The notes under the pieces were generated by a model. The model had not been told where the DNA came from and made no database searches. It worked only from the letters and a program-made list of their open reading frames with translations. Positions 37,320 to 51,941 of a DNA stretch of 64,000 bases are shown in pieces. A program made the position numbers and the translations under genes. The DNA lies in the NCBI RefSeq assembly GCF_001194135.2, contig NC_068987.1, forward strand, positions 457,651 to 521,650, read 5' to 3'. Each line of letters opens with the position of its first letter. Within the stretch, counting starts at the first letter, position 1. Origin of the DNA: Octopus bimaculoides (Eukaryota).

Positions 37320-38356
37320 GAAATCTATCTTTTTCTCTATTAATAATCGTCAGAGGTTACTGAGTGACGCAAAAGCTGAGAGCTTCACACAGGGTACTAA
37401 AACCGGATGTTGCATAACAGCACGGTTAAGTAATACCACACGCTCTTCAGTGATAGCGGGTTAGGAAAAAGTTATGGTGACTGCTACCCGCTATTGAAGG
37501 TAAAGAAAAGTTACGTTCGGTTTGTGGGGGCTTTGAAAGAGACGAAACGAAGCTATGGGTGGCGACTTGAGCAATATTTTTTATCAAGAATTATATCTCT
37601 TGTCCCCAAAGTCTGTGAGATGTAAAGCAGCAAGAATTTTCTGAAAATATCTGCAAGTTGTTAGGGGTTGGTATTTGTGTAGGGCTGCAATGTACGCTGG
37701 AGTTTTTATGTGTAGAGTTTCGAAGGTGGGTGGGTGTCGAAGGGTCTGCTGTCTCAAGCCGAAGTTTAGGTGCATAAGTCCGTGTGTTCGTTTGTCTATG
37801 TTTTGGTTTAACTCGTTGTTGGGTCCTCAAGATATGTGAACGCAATAGTGGAGTCCCATCATGAACCTCTATAGGCTCCAGACAATAAGCCTGTTCTTTT
37901 CTTTTAAGGGATATCAATTTTGGAGATTCCTTGACATTGTCCCCCTTTCTCATATGGCACAAGTTTTCATTGGCACTTGGTAATGGTGGTACATTTTCTA
38001 GAGACAGAGATAATTTGAATAAATCAAAAAATTATGTTGTGAGGTATTTGATATCCCGATATTTGTCTACACACACACACACACACACACACANNNNNNN
38101 NNNNNNNNNNNNNNNNNNNNNNNNNNNNNNNNNNNNNNNNNNNNNNNNNNNNNNNNNNNNNNNNNNNNNNNNNNNNNNNNNNNNNNNNNNNNNNNNNNNN
38201 NNNNNNNNNNNNNNNNNNNNNNNNNNNATCGAACTGTAGTTACAGTGAAAGACATTGGCTGCAGGATGAAATCTGGAGCCACTTGGCGGCGAAACAAAGT
38301 CCTTATTCAGACAACCACGGTTACACTTTGTCACGTTAATATTTTGTTATTAATGC

Positions 38357-38588
38357 GGCGAGCTGGCAGAATCGTTAGCATGCCGGGCGAAATGCTTAGC
38401 GGTATTTCGTCTGTCGCTACGTTCTGAGTTCAAATTCCGCCGAGGTCGACTTTGCCTTTCATCCTCTCGGGGTCGATTAAATAAGTACCAGTTACGCACT
38501 GGGGTCAATGTAATCGACTTAATCCGTTTGTCTGTCCTTGTTTGTCCCTTCTATATTTAGCCCCCTGTGGGCAATAAAGAAATAAATA
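38357..38588 (+). mobile_element. Full-length tRNA-derived SINE with Nin/Deu-type core; tandem partial copy at 38608-38725
   Basis: tRNA-like A box (ggcgagctggcagaatcgtt) and B box (gttcaaattcc); core gcctttcatcctctcggggtcgattaaataagtaccag; A-rich tail. Decayed relatives at ~5720, 14160, 20740, 20860, 42470, 45290, 51950 and 52200. Confidence 0.85.
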
Positions 38589-39296
38589 TTTTGTTACTTA
38601 TTAAGGGGGCGAGCTGGCAGAATCGTTAGCACGATGGGCGAAATACTTAGTTGTATTTCGTCTGTCTTTATGTTATGAGTTCACATTCAGCTGTGGTAGT
38701 TTTGCCTTTCATCTGGGGGTCGTTGTAATCACCTTGTCCCCTTTCCCGAAACTGTCACTTATCAATATCTACATGACTAGCATACTGTATTACGAGGGTA
38801 TCTATCAACTATCTCGTGTATGTGTCACCGCACCCCACTCCTCCGTGCACCCTCCTCCGTGCACCGATACGCTTTCGTTTCGGGAATTTTCTACAGATTT
38901 CTATGGGCGACGTGAGTTTCATTTTGTAGAAATGTGAACGGGATTTGCCAAGATGGCGATTGTTTGTTCCTTTAAGAATATTTTATTCGTCACCAATCGT
39001 CGTCGTCGTCGTCGTCGTTTATGTTGTTAAACCCTAGGTCAACCACAAACCAGCAGACCACAAAATCAATGCAACCATGACTGTTCCATTGAAATAGTGT
39101 GTTGATGGTAATGATGACCACCACCACATCACCACCACTAGTATCCACCCCTCTAACAACCCCACTACACACGCACCCCTCCCCACACACGATTTCTTAA
39201 ACGCTAGACTCAACTCCAGCTCTCAGTGCTTTGCTGCTTGTTTTTTAACAACGCCATCGTCTCTGACAGTTGTGACAAATTACATTGGTTCAGGAA

Positions 39297-39311
39297 CCGG
39301 CAGATGGCGCT
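39297..39311 (+). promoter_or_regulatory. CTCF-like motif
   Basis: CCGGCAGATGGCGCT, one mismatch to consensus. Confidence 0.45.
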
Positions 39312-40134
39312 CTGTCTTCTTTTTACAGGGGGTGGGGGACTTTATTGTACTCAACACACACACACACATACCTGTATGCATTCAGCACACACCTGCAAGC
39401 GCGCGCACACACGTAGATATTTACACATTGATACCTACGTATAGTATACACAAATTTCCTCTCCCTCTCTCTCTCTCTCTCTCTAAAAATGTACACATGC
39501 GTACATACTTTCACACCTCTTTCTATCACTCCGTACACACACACACACGCACACACATAGACACACACACACACTGATGCATTTACATATATACACATAT
39601 TAACACACACACACCAGTTCATAAGCAACAGTGGTTGTACATGTCCGTGTGTTCGTACGTGTGCGTGTGCATGTATATGTTACGTGTGTGAATTGTATAG
39701 GTCTATGTCTGTGCATATCTGTGTTTATGTGTGTGTGTGTGTGTGCGATGTGCTAGTGGGCAAGAGACCGATTATCTCTCATGGGCCAACATTCCTCCTC
39801 CCTCTATCTCCTTCACCCCACCTCACTTCCTTACAGAACATTCAGACATTGATAACTAATCAGACAACAAATGGCAGCCATTTTGTTAAAGGTTATTTTT
39901 GTTATTTTCTGTAGTTCTTCAGTTCATTTCAATCATTAAGTTCCAGGCCATGCTGTAGCACCGCCTTGAAAGCTGTTCTATTTTTTTTATATAACAAATT
40001 GTGAACAATAGTGTCGTTAATTACTAAAACTTTATGACAGCGGAAGTGACGAAGTAGCGTCAGCGGGAAATCTCGTCCGTGTTTATAGCATCCACCAGTT
40101 AGATCGATGACAACAACCTCCTCCTTCTCCTCCT

Positions 40135-40170
<36 letters not shown>

Positions 40171-40245
40171 AAAGACATACGCAGACATGTATACAGATAG
40201 ATAGACAGATTGACAGACTGATATAAAGATAAATAGCCAGACAGT

Positions 40246-40357
<112 letters not shown>

Positions 40358-40838
40358 TTATATACCTGCGCTGCCTGTCATCATTCCATATCATTGATTG
40401 TCCCTCATCCCGGGGACACTGTCATCTCGCTATCTTCCGGGTCACATAGACCTCTGTCATCTCCACCAATCAATGGAGCAACGTGTAATGAAGTGCCTTG
40501 CTGAAGGAGACAACGCGCTGCCCGGTTCATGAATTAAATGATATTCTGATGGTCAGCTGAACACCCTGACCACACGGCCAAACAGCTTAATGCGGAGGAG
40601 TTAATACTGTAAACAAGAAACAAAGAAAACAAGCAAAAAATGCATGGAACATCGTCGAGAAAAATGAACCATTCAGCTGGAGAGATGAGATGAAGTTTTT
40701 TACATCACAGTTATATTCAAAATGATAATAACATTAACAAATATAAACAGAAGATACGACACCTTCATGATATGCCTACAAAAGGAAAACAAATTTAGAT
40801 TTCTCTCTTTCGGAGTCAATTGTAAAAACGGACAGGAT

Positions 40839-40883
<45 letters not shown>

Positions 40884-40893
40884 NNNNNNNNNN

Positions 40894-40934
<41 letters not shown>

Positions 40935-41989
40935 CACACACACATACATAGAAAGAGAGTGTGTGTTATTTATCGTGCCAGCGTTGGCAATGGCCGATCA
41001 AATCAAACCATTCCACACACACACACACTTCTCCATTACTTCCTGCACCATATAATGGTTAACAAACATGTTCCCTTACCAAATTCCATTGAAATATTTA
41101 ACCAATAAAACATTAATTCCATTTTATTGAGTTCTTAGTTTTTGCTTCCGCCATTTGCATTAGAAAAAATATAATATTAAGACTCCCCCCCACCAACTCC
41201 ATAAAATCTATTTTATAGAAAATAATTTTCATAGTTTTCATTTATTAAATTTTTTTTCTCGTAAAACTAAAAAAAAAAAAAAAAATAAAGGCCATTAGGA
41301 TTTTACGTTTGGAAATGATTTAAAAATTTAGGTTAAAATTGTCTTGGTTTGAAAATTATTTTTTAAAAGACAAAAATTAAATCACCTTCCTATAATATCG
41401 TAACAAGGCCATATTTGGATTGTTTGGAGGCCAATGGCTGTTTTACTAGAAAAAATAGACAAAAATCTTGCCGATAGGAAAGAAATTGAAAAAACAATTT
41501 TTTTTCCGTTTTTGTCTGATTTTGTATCAGACAAGAAAATAAAAATATTAAAAGATATTAAAATATATTAAAAAAAATTAATATAATTTTTTTGTTTTGT
41601 CTTTTGTTGTAAAATGACATTTCATCTTTCTTACGAATTCATTTTAGTTTTTTCTCCTGTCTTTTGTGTTGTTGTTGTTGTATGTATGCGTGTGAAAGCA
41701 CGGGGTTCAGGGCGCCAGGTTCACAAGGTCATAGTTTCGACTTCTGGACCAGGCGGCGCGTTGTGTCCTTGAACAAGGTACGTCATTTCAAGTTGTTTCA
41801 CCTGTTACACATATTGAGTGAGAGGTTAACTGGACAACATGTGTTACTTAACATCTCTGGACAGGGTCTTAAGCTCAATTCAAACGAATATGTGAAGCTG
41901 TAGCAGAATGTGGTCACACACCGTGGCTGGAGAGGGTCGCTATTGGAAGGCCAAATGTGAGGCAGCAGCCTACAGCTCCTTGCCACATC

Positions 41990-42415
41990 TCCGGAAAGAG
42001 TCAGACGTGGTTGACCGAGTATTTCTACTTCACCAGCCGCAATTTTCTGGTTTCATAATTCTTCCGATTGGAATCCATAGATTACCATGTGTGAGGCGCG
42101 GCTGAGAAAGACACCAACTGTTCTGCCTGTAACACCAAAGCTGAGCTGGTGGCCAAGAATCAAAGAGGTGTTCGAAGATCTTCCTAAGAACAGTAAAGAA
42201 CGCACGCAACAGGTTCTGGAATCGCCTTGAGACCGTGGTGGAAGCTGAGGGTGGCTACTTTGAGTAAACTGCTGTCTCCCAGCCATAATCCAGTCGATAC
42301 TTTTTGATTTTGTTAAAATATTTTTTATTTTTGGATTAGGGTATTGTTTTCTTTCCCTTTTATGCAAACTGTCGAATTCAGTCGGAACATCCTTCACATA
42401 CAAACACATACACAC
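41990..42415 (+). mobile_element. Degenerate Tc1/mariner (maT-like) transposase C-terminus
   Basis: SIDYHV*GAAEKDTN...KEVFEDLPK...RFWNRLETVVEAEGGYFE* resembles the PLDYxVW...RLEAVVEAEGGYFE end of Tc1/mariner transposases; frameshifted. Confidence 0.75.
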
Positions 42416-42835
42416 ACAAGCGAACAAAAAAAAAAAAGAAAAGAAATTTAGTTATTAGTTTTTACATTCTAGGTTCAAAGCCTGCCCAGGTCAGCTGTGC
42501 TTTGCAGCATTCTGGGGTCAACTGAAACAAAGTACCAGTCAGCTAATGGGGGCAATTTATATTCTTATAATGTTTGCTAGGCGTGAATACAATTACAATA
42601 GAAGACTAAACAAGATAATGGCACTGACCGAATTTTTATTGAAAGTCAAAAACAATTAAGAAATGGTCATCATAATTGTAGCTGTCCGGAGTAATTTTCG
42701 GCCGATATGTCACGGAAAGACTCTGAAGGGAGACGGGAGGGGGTGAAGGGAATGTAGTTGTTGCACTTAATATTGGTGGTGGAGTCGGTGGGAGTATGTG
42801 TATTTGACCGATTGTTGTGTATGTATAACTCAGTA

Positions 42836-42866
<31 letters not shown>

Positions 42867-42874
42867 ATAAAAAA

Positions 42875-42923
<49 letters not shown>

Positions 42924-43320
42924 TGTATGTATGTATGTTTGTGTTATGTATGTATGTATGTATATATGTACGTATGTGTGTATGTGTATGCTGCCAATTA
43001 GACATGATCATCACTCTGCTAATTGTCGCTGACTAAACAGACAAAACATGGCTGAAACAACTGCAACAACAACAACAACAACAACAACAACAAACACAAC
43101 AACTAAAGAATGCACCCCCCTCCCTCCGCACATCTTTGTTGTTTTGTTATTGTTTTGGTTGTCTCCATTTGGTTTTTATTTTTTTTTTATGATCTCTCCA
43201 CCTCTCTCCCCACCTCACTGGAAATAGCAGCAAAAACGATGTTGTTGAAGGCAGGTTAAAGGTGAGGTACCGTATAGTACCACCACCACCACCACCACCA
43301 CCACCATTACTATTATTATT

Positions 43321-43357
<37 letters not shown>

Positions 43358-43859
43358 CAATCATCGACAGCATTGTTATGATCGTCGTTGTTACCCAAAT
43401 ACTCTTCATCATCATTATTACCATCGTTATCACTATCGTCCTCCTCTTCCTACTCCTCTTTCATTTACCACCACTGCCACCACCACCACTGTCCCCAAAC
43501 ACTATCCCTCCACCTCGCTATTTACCGGAAATACCAGACATAACCAATCATTGCATTCAACATCACATGTCAAAAATTGCTCCAAGTTACATAAGATACC
43601 GCCTTAACATCGTGGTGGTGGCGGAGGCAGTGGTGGGGCTCTACAAGAGAAAACATCGTAGAGAAACCAAACATTTTTCGGCCTCTTCCAGGTGCCACAC
43701 TCAACTATGATCTGACCCGTTATCTTCATCAAACTCTCGAATTTATTTTCACTCTCAACCGTACTTTTTCTCTGTCTTTCTCTGGAGACGCGCTAGTTTG
43801 TTTGTTCGTCCATAATGTCGACGATGACAAAGGACGTCACATAGGAAAAGAGGGCGGGT

Positions 43860-44040
43860 CACGACGTGTCCGGTCGTGGCAAGCCAGTCCAGTGTGCCCG
43901 GAAGGCTTTTGCGCATGTAGGGCAATGATGGTGGCTCTGGACTTGCGTACTTCACTTTTTTCTTTGTGACTCTGCAATCTTCTTCTGTTCATAAGAAGTA
44001 GCACCTCTGTTCATGCAGATTCTCCAGTCAGGGTGGTCAT
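43860..44040 (-). mobile_element. BovB-like RTE LINE C-terminal remnant
   Basis: Frameshifted GATSYEQKKIAESQRK...RKS...CPTCAKAFRAH.GLA..DRT, like the C-terminal Cys-motif tail of RTE/BovB elements. Confidence 0.6.
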
Positions 44041-45029
44041 GTGCTGGCATTTCCCAGGAGACGTGCTACATGTGTTCCAAACCCAAAGCCTACCTTTTTG
44101 ATTACCAGCCATTGTTCGATCATCCTCTCTTCTCGGACCTCGAACATGATGGAGACAGTCCTTAGACGATAATTTTTCTCCACCATTTCTAATATCTTTC
44201 TCTCCTCATTGACGACCAATGCGGCTTGCCGGCTGGTGTAGAGAGACCTCTTCTAACCGGCACTCCGTCGGTTACGACGACGAGGGTTCCAGCCGATCCG
44301 ATCAACATAACAGCCTGCTCGTGAAATTAACGTGCAAGCGGATGAGTACTCCACGGTCACGCGTACCCTTAACGTAGGTTTCAGGGAGATTCAGTGTGAC
44401 ACAAAATGTGACAAGACTGGCCCCTTTTGAATTACAGGTACAACTCATTCTTGCCAGCTGAGTGGACTGGAGCAACGGGAAATAAAGGGTCTTGCTCAAG
44501 GACACAGCGTGCTGCCTGGAACCGGACTCCACCGGAGAAAAATGGTCAGTTAAGGCACGGGCGTCTGTTAAAAGTATTTGTGTACATATGTATGTGCGCA
44601 TGCGTGTATGTATGTGTTGTGAATATATGAATGTTTGTGTGTATATATATATGTGTGTGTGTATGTATGTCTATATGTGTATGTGTGTATGTGTATATAT
44701 ATTTCCATCTGAATGTATTGATAAGAGAAGTCAACAGAAGTCACAAGTTCACATATCGACAATTTAATCAGTTATTTCTATATTTACCTCCTCCTCCTCC
44801 TACATGTTTAAAACTCGATTCTAACACCTCCCCCTTTTCCCATTCTTTCTTTTCATCCATCACTCTCAATCTCCCCTTCTCTCTCTCTCTATTTCCTTCC
44901 CTCCCACTAGACCTCTTCACGCCTCTCTCTTTCATTAATATCAACTTGGCAGACATCAACAGGCATTAGTAAATAATTTGCAGCTGAATTCTACAAACAA
45001 GAACGTCCATTCCTGTTTCGTATCAGAGA

Positions 45030-45170
45030 CCCGGGGTGAGAATAGCTTTGAAAGAAGAGACACAACCATGTCTAAACGCCGAGACACTCTCGAAATATGA
45101 AGACCTGGAAACAGAGATAACCAGAATGTGCAGACAGAAAACGGAAGTGACCCAAATAATGGATTCGTTT
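45030..45170 (+). mobile_element. Restriction-like endonuclease remnant of an R4/Dong-type non-LTR element
   Basis: ETLSKYEDLETEITRMCRQKTEVTQIM resembles the EKLSKYKDLEIEITRMW..KT motif. Confidence 0.65.
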
Positions 45171-48100
45171 GAGGTTAATGAAAGCAAAGAAATGAGAGAA
45201 GTGCGGCCGCGCATTTTGTTCCACGCACTGACGGTTCTGCCATCTCGCTTTCATCATCATCATCATCATAACGATTTCAAATTGTGGCACATGGCCAGCA
45301 ATTTTGGGGGACGACTCCAGTGCTCAACTGGTACTTATCTTATCGACCCCGAAAGGATGAAAGGCAAAGTCAACTTCAATGGAATTTGAACTCAGAACGT
45401 AAAGACAGCGTGCTAACGATTCTGCCAGCTCACCCAGTGATTTTAGTGGGGGGTGGGGTGGACATCGGTCGATTACATTGACCTCAGTACATGACTGGCA
45501 TTTATTTTATCGACCCCTGGCACAGGAGCAACAATGAAGTGGGGATTAAGAAAAACAGCACGCATACTACTACTACTACTACCACTACCACCACCACCAC
45601 CACCACTACCACTACTACTACTATTACTCTTGCTGCTGGCGCCGCCGCCGCTACAACTACCCCCACTACTGCTGCTGCTGCTGCTGCTGGTGTTGCCACA
45701 CCAATTTGAGCCAGTCCCCAGCACGTAGCTGAAAAGCAATATATTTAGCTTAGCTTTTCTGGACACTGATGAGTTTGTGAGGAAAGCAGACCAGATTAAC
45801 GCTTGTGTATTTGGCGGCAATGATAATATATCAGAGTGAGTTGTAAATGGGAAGGCAGCCATCTTTAGTAGGCCTCACCACTCGATGATACAACCTATGA
45901 ATACTAAACAGTTGCAACAGATTCACCGAATACAAATATCACTGTATTCAATTACAGATTTTAATTATCAAAATTTGGGATTTTCCACCTCTGGAAGGCT
46001 TCATAAATTCCTCAGGCGACTCGACTTTGCTATCTTTCAAATAAATCTCACTATTTGGAAGAATTTATGGAAACATATTCAATCTAATTACGGTCTTCTA
46101 GTTGATTCCTTGTCCAACTTTGTTCAAACTTATGATGTTATAAAGATTTATTTATTTATATCTTTGCTTGTGGTTGTTTTACTGGTTTTTCTTTGTTCCA
46201 CCATTTTCTTCTAAAGGGAAAACTTACCAAAATCGCCAAAGTATACCAATCCCAGTTCACCGTTTCACATCCGATCTTATCTTAAATATTCGCTTCGTAT
46301 CAGGTATGTAACATTCTACTGTTGCTTAGCGAAGACTTCCAGCACACACACTCGCACCACCACACACACACACACACACACATACACAGACGCACATACA
46401 ATATTGTGCAGGCTGTGACAGTATCCCTTCCATGTTTTACAGGCCATTGATGTGGTGCAGCTAAACGTTTGGCATATAAATGTTGGTTTTCTTAATCACA
46501 CTTTTTCATCGTATAAAGAATAGGGGGAGGGAAAATAAAGAGACATACAGAGAGGGTTAGAAAGTGCAGAATGACTGCACATACGAGATTTAGTGATAGA
46601 CAATGAGTAAAGCAACACTCAGTGAGGGAGAAAGAATTCTTGAGACAGAGGAGGGGGAGGTAACAAGTGACAGAATAGTTGTGGGAGGAGTTAGACAAAT
46701 GATAAATTTGTTTTATAAACAATTTTCTTTTAAAAATTAGGATATATTTCATCATTTTGTATAAACACCAAGAAATTTGATCAAAGGTAAATTATAATTA
46801 TTGCATGTCTGCCATATTTCCTTGTAATGTCCCCGCGGGTAAAATTATACTTCGAAAGTTATCCGTCACATCACGAGTAATTCATCCCCAGAGAGGACGA
46901 TCGATCTGGTGAGCTATACAGTGATGACGGAATAACAAGAATTTTCTGTTTTGTTCCTATGTTCCTGTCGCACAGATTGGTTAGACTCGATAAAATAAGC
47001 TTCAGCCAAGTCCTTAAGTTCTGCAATCGATATGGTTGATTGATCCTTCCACCGTAATGTTTGATCTTGAGCCTAAGTTAGAAATCAATCCCTCAATACC
47101 CCACTAAAAGATTATATGTGAAAGTATAGGGCATCACTATTTTGTGTGGGATTTTAGTCCCTAATTCTTCGTTGGCTGTAAACAATATTTAGTAGGCTGT
47201 GTATGAAAACTAGAAGGACCCAGCTAATATTTATTTCAGTTTTCATACATTTTTATTAATCTTCATTGTTTATTTTTACATGTGTACACACATATTTGAT
47301 TTTATGGAGCAACATTCATGAGATAACAAAAAATAGTTAGTAATCCTTTGTAAAAAAAAAACATGCGAGATAATATGAAATTAGTTCGTAGTTATTGAAG
47401 ACGAAATGAGTAGAAAGTATTAGAACTTCTGTATAGAAGCAAAGTGTGCATGATTCGATATCACTCTTCACGGTTGATAACTCTTGTTGAATACGATATA
47501 AGCATGTTAAAAAGGGAAAAATAAAAGGGCGAGAGACACTCTCACAGAACTCAGTGACATGGCCCCTCGGGAACTACTGAGTAGCTTTCATATGGGGTTG
47601 AGTTCGCAATCTAGTTTTATAACCGTAAGGAAAAGTGCTCAGAGTCCCATGGAAGTTGGTCACATCAATCATAACAAGTCAACCAGTAGTGACTGGTCGA
47701 GCCATATTGGCGAGCTGTTGTGTCTAACCAATAAACTGTAACCTTTAGCATGGAGTTGTATCAATGACTGCAAGAACATCTCCAGTGTCTGAGCGATAGG
47801 GGTAGGTTTGAGCGTCGAAGGAATAAACGATAGGCTTGTGTGAATATCATGCTGTCGCCACAACTGTACTACTACTGCTGCTACTACTACTACTACTACT
47901 ACTACTACAGCCACACCATCATTACTGTTATAACTACACCATCACTACACTATAGCCCTCACACGCACCAAAATAGCACTATTACCCGCTATACTATAGT
48001 ACACCAACACTACTACAACACCACTACCACCACTACATCCTTACCCATCATCATCTACTACCGTCAAGAACCCCCCCCCCACCACTATAGCTCCCTAAAT

Positions 48101-48399
48101 GCAATTCACCATCTCTATCTTCCTAATTACGTATTCATTCACAACTCCTTTCTCACATTCTTAATTACATAACTTTAATTAAAAGATTACTAATTGCACA
48201 TCTTTAATTAGCCCTGTCTCCCGAGTAAGAGCACTTATATACCCTCGGTAAAGATAGATGTATTAAGATTACTAGTATACACTCAGTAGAAGTGTAGTAA
48301 GTATATACATTCACTAAGGATGTATATTGTTATCGATATACATCAAATAGCAGTCTCCATCTTGGAGAAGAATATAAATAATGAGCTTCACATGTTGAA

Positions 48400-49020
48400 G
48401 TTATTGGAAAATTATGAATTATATAATTTAAAATAGTCACCTGTAACACCTGTGTCGACCAGACTAATAGTCTGGATGTTGCCATACACCTCTGGTCACA
48501 ATGTACTTCAAATTCTTTCTTGATCGCACCATTCTTTTCCATCTTTGTCCAAATCGGTTTAACTAAATCGTCTTCCGATCGTAGTGGAGAGCTTCCTAAT
48601 GACTTTCCCTGATCTCTTGGATAACAGTCGGCAAGTACACGGGTCAACCTGCTGTCGTAGAACATTGTGATATGACCGGTCCAGCGGTGTTGTCGGAACT
48701 CTGCGATCACATCGTTCCCTCCGCTTCGTTCTGAAATCATCTCATTTCGTAAATGCTCCCCTAATGATGTCCTAGCACGGCCCTTTGTGACTTAGGCAAT
48801 CGATGTTCTGTCCCCATCGTAGTAGCCCACGTCTCACTGGAATATACCAGCGCAAGTAGGTTGGTGTTATTTAAGAGACTGGTACGTAGGGTTTTGTCAT
48901 TGAAGTAAACGCCTTCTACCTTGCCCTTATCCTCTTTGAGATTTCAGCCTCCAAGTCTCGGCGCATATTCACTGTGCGCCCCAAGTGGGCGTACTCCTTT
49001 ATCTCCTCGATTTCATCGTT
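48400..49020 (-). mobile_element. RTE-clade LINE, 3' ORF remnant
   Basis: DLEAEISKRIRAR*KAF...VYSSETWATT and RWTGHITMFYDSRLTRVLADCYPRDQGKSLGSSPLRSEDDL. Confidence 0.85.
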
Positions 49021-49394
49021 CCCACCTCCATTTGGCTTTGTACTACGTCTTAGTAACACCACCGGGTGGAGTGAAAAACATTTTCCCTTTTTCAAGCTTT
49101 AATTAACAGTTCAAACAAATTATATACGGAAAGCGTTTAGTTATCAAAATAGATCTCATAACATTTTGTTGTCTGTTGCCATTGCTCTGCCTGAATTTCG
49201 GTTCCACGCTTAAAGCATTTGCCGGGTTCAGAGGCAAAAAAATCTCCCTGTCTCCGTTTTCGACATCGTCCATATTGCTGAAGATTCGTCTGTGCAGAAA
49301 ATGAGCCCTGACTCAGAAAAAGGTGATCATCTGATGGTGCAAAGGGTCTGGACTGTAGACAAGGCAAAGCAGCACTTCCAACCCCTCAAGTTTG

Positions 49395-50075
49395 CACTTG
49401 GTCAGATTGGTAGCCCTTGTTTGACAACAGGTTCTAAAGCCTGGTTGTAACGAAGCCACTTATTTCTCATATTAGGATTATGAAAACACACCCGTTTTTC
49501 ATCCCCAGTTTGCAATTCGACGCCAAAAACGGTTATCTAGAAGACTTGCCAACGGCTCTTTGCAGAGGTTCAGACGTCATTGAGTCTGGTTATTGGTCAG
49601 TTCAGGAGTAACTTTTCGACAGGCGTCGATTGAGGGTGCTTTGGGAAAGACCAAGTTTCGCCGACAATGTACGAGTGTTTGTGCCTGGCTGTTGTTCAAT
49701 CATTTCAATTAAGGCCTTATCTTCCACAGAACAAGGTCTCCCTGACATTGGTTTGTCTTCGAGGCTCGGGTCAACCTCCTTGAAATGTCTGGACCAGTTT
49801 TCTGCTACATGTTCATTGACAGTTCCTGGGCCTCCTCCATGATTGATTTCCTTTGCCGCTTCCCTTCAACTCATCATTTCACCACAAGTTGAGTAAAATG
49901 GCTTTAATTGCAATTTTTCCATTGCTCATTATCAAAGCTGGAAAATAAAGACTAAAAAATTCAGCAACGATTGGACAACGTTGTAACAAATTAACGATAT
50001 AACATGGAGGTACAAGTTGCCAAAATTCACCAGTGAAAACGTCTGAAAAACTTTTGACACAAACTGGTCTAATAG
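49395..50075 (-). mobile_element. Degenerate mariner transposon, 5' part with probable ITR
   Basis: From ATG 49922: MEK...REAAKEINHGGGPGTVNEHVAENWSRHFKEVDPSLEDKPMSGRP..., later RRIATGDEKR-like (first catalytic D); stops and frameshifts present. ITR-like sequence at ~50043-50073. Confidence 0.85.
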
Positions 50076-50910
50076 TTTTCTATAGTAATAGTAATACTAT
50101 AATAAATAAATATATAGAATTAGTAAAAATTAGGAACTGCTGTTTCTCCTCTGACCTTTCTCACACCTCCCACTAACGCTCGTACTACTTTCTCTTTCGC
50201 TTATTGCTTAACAACCAAGAAGAGCAAAGCGACCAAAACGAGGTTGTTTCCTTTCGAGAGTGTAACATTCGAATGCATATTGTGACGAAAAGAGTAGTAT
50301 TAGAGATATTTCTATAGAGATACGTTAGGAACTCTAGTATCCTCTCGTCTGTCTGACTGTATGTATATATATATATATATNNNNNNNNNNNNNNNNNNNN
50401 NNNNNNNNNNNNNNNNNNNNNNNNNNNNNNNNNNNNNNNNNNNNNNNNNNNNNNNNNNNNNNNNNNNNNNNNNNNNNNNNNNNNNNNNNNNNNNNNNNNN
50501 NNNNNNNNNNNNNNNNNNNNNNNNNNNNNNNNNNNNNNNNNNNNNNNNNNNNNNNNNNNNNNNNNNNNNNNNNNNNNNNNNNNNNNNNNNNNNNNNNNNN
50601 NNNNNNNNNNNNNNNNNNNNNNNNNNNNNNNNNNNNNNNNNNNNNNNNNNNNNNNNNNNNNNNNNNNNNNNNNNNNNNNNNNNNNNNNNNNNNNNNNNNN
50701 NNNNNNNNNNNNNNNNNNNNNNNNNNNNNNNNNNNNNNNNNNNNNNNNNNNNNNNNNNNNNNNNNNNNNNNNNNNNNNNNNNNNNNNNNNNNNNNNNNNN
50801 NNNNNNNNNNNNNNNNNNNNNNNNNNNNNNNNNNNNNNNNNNNNNNNNNNNNNNNNNNNNNNNNNNNNNNNNNNNNNNNNNNNNNNNNNNNNNNNNNNNN
50901 NNNNNNNNNN

Positions 50911-50962
<52 letters not shown>

Positions 50963-51098
50963 ACATACATAGACACATCTACATATACATATGTATCGTG
51001 TATATACGTATACATTAATACATACATGTATGGATATATAAGCCTACACAGATGTATACACACAAACACAGCCACATATAAGCGCACACGCACTCCAC

Positions 51099-51140
<42 letters not shown>

Positions 51141-51150
51141 NNNNNNNNNN

Positions 51151-51192
<42 letters not shown>

Positions 51193-51901
51193 GTATGTTT
51201 ATATTAGAAAGATTAATGAGTTCTCTATGAATATTTCAGTCGCACCAATGTAAATTGCTGTTGCTTTGTGCGAATCGTTTTAATGTCTGGCAATGAACCA
51301 CTCCTGAAAATGTTTAGTTCTGATTTAATATTCAACAAACAGGATATCACATATAGTCTACACGTAACAAACGTCTACCACTAACTTACATACCCATATT
51401 TTTATTATTATTATCATTATTATTATATTTTCTCTCTTTAGCTGAAGGCCATGTCACATTAAGAAAGTGGTTCTTGGCCGGTCATCCAAGTGGGTTGTGG
51501 TCGTTAACGAGACGGATAACCACTTGGCTGAAATAGTGGACCACTGAATCGAGTGGAGAGATGAACTTGGTGGCTTGATCTGTTAGAAGCAGTAGTCAAA
51601 TCTTCCCCTAATCACGCCGGATAGTCTTAAAATGTGGTAGAGTAGGGTTAGTTAAATGATGTAATCTTATATCATGTCTAAAATAGACGTGATGGTCATG
51701 GATTACAGATATGTTGAATGAGGACTAACCTGGGCTTAAACAACAAGGTGGTCCTGGCAAGAATGTCTTTGGTCATAGAACTGTTCTACCAGAACTGACT
51801 TGGAGTTAGACGACAATACCAACAATTATTCTAACATCTGCCACTTCTGCAAGACCGGCGAAGACTCTGCTATGCGATTCTGCCAGTTCGCTGCATTCTT
51901 T

Positions 51902-51941
<40 letters not shown>

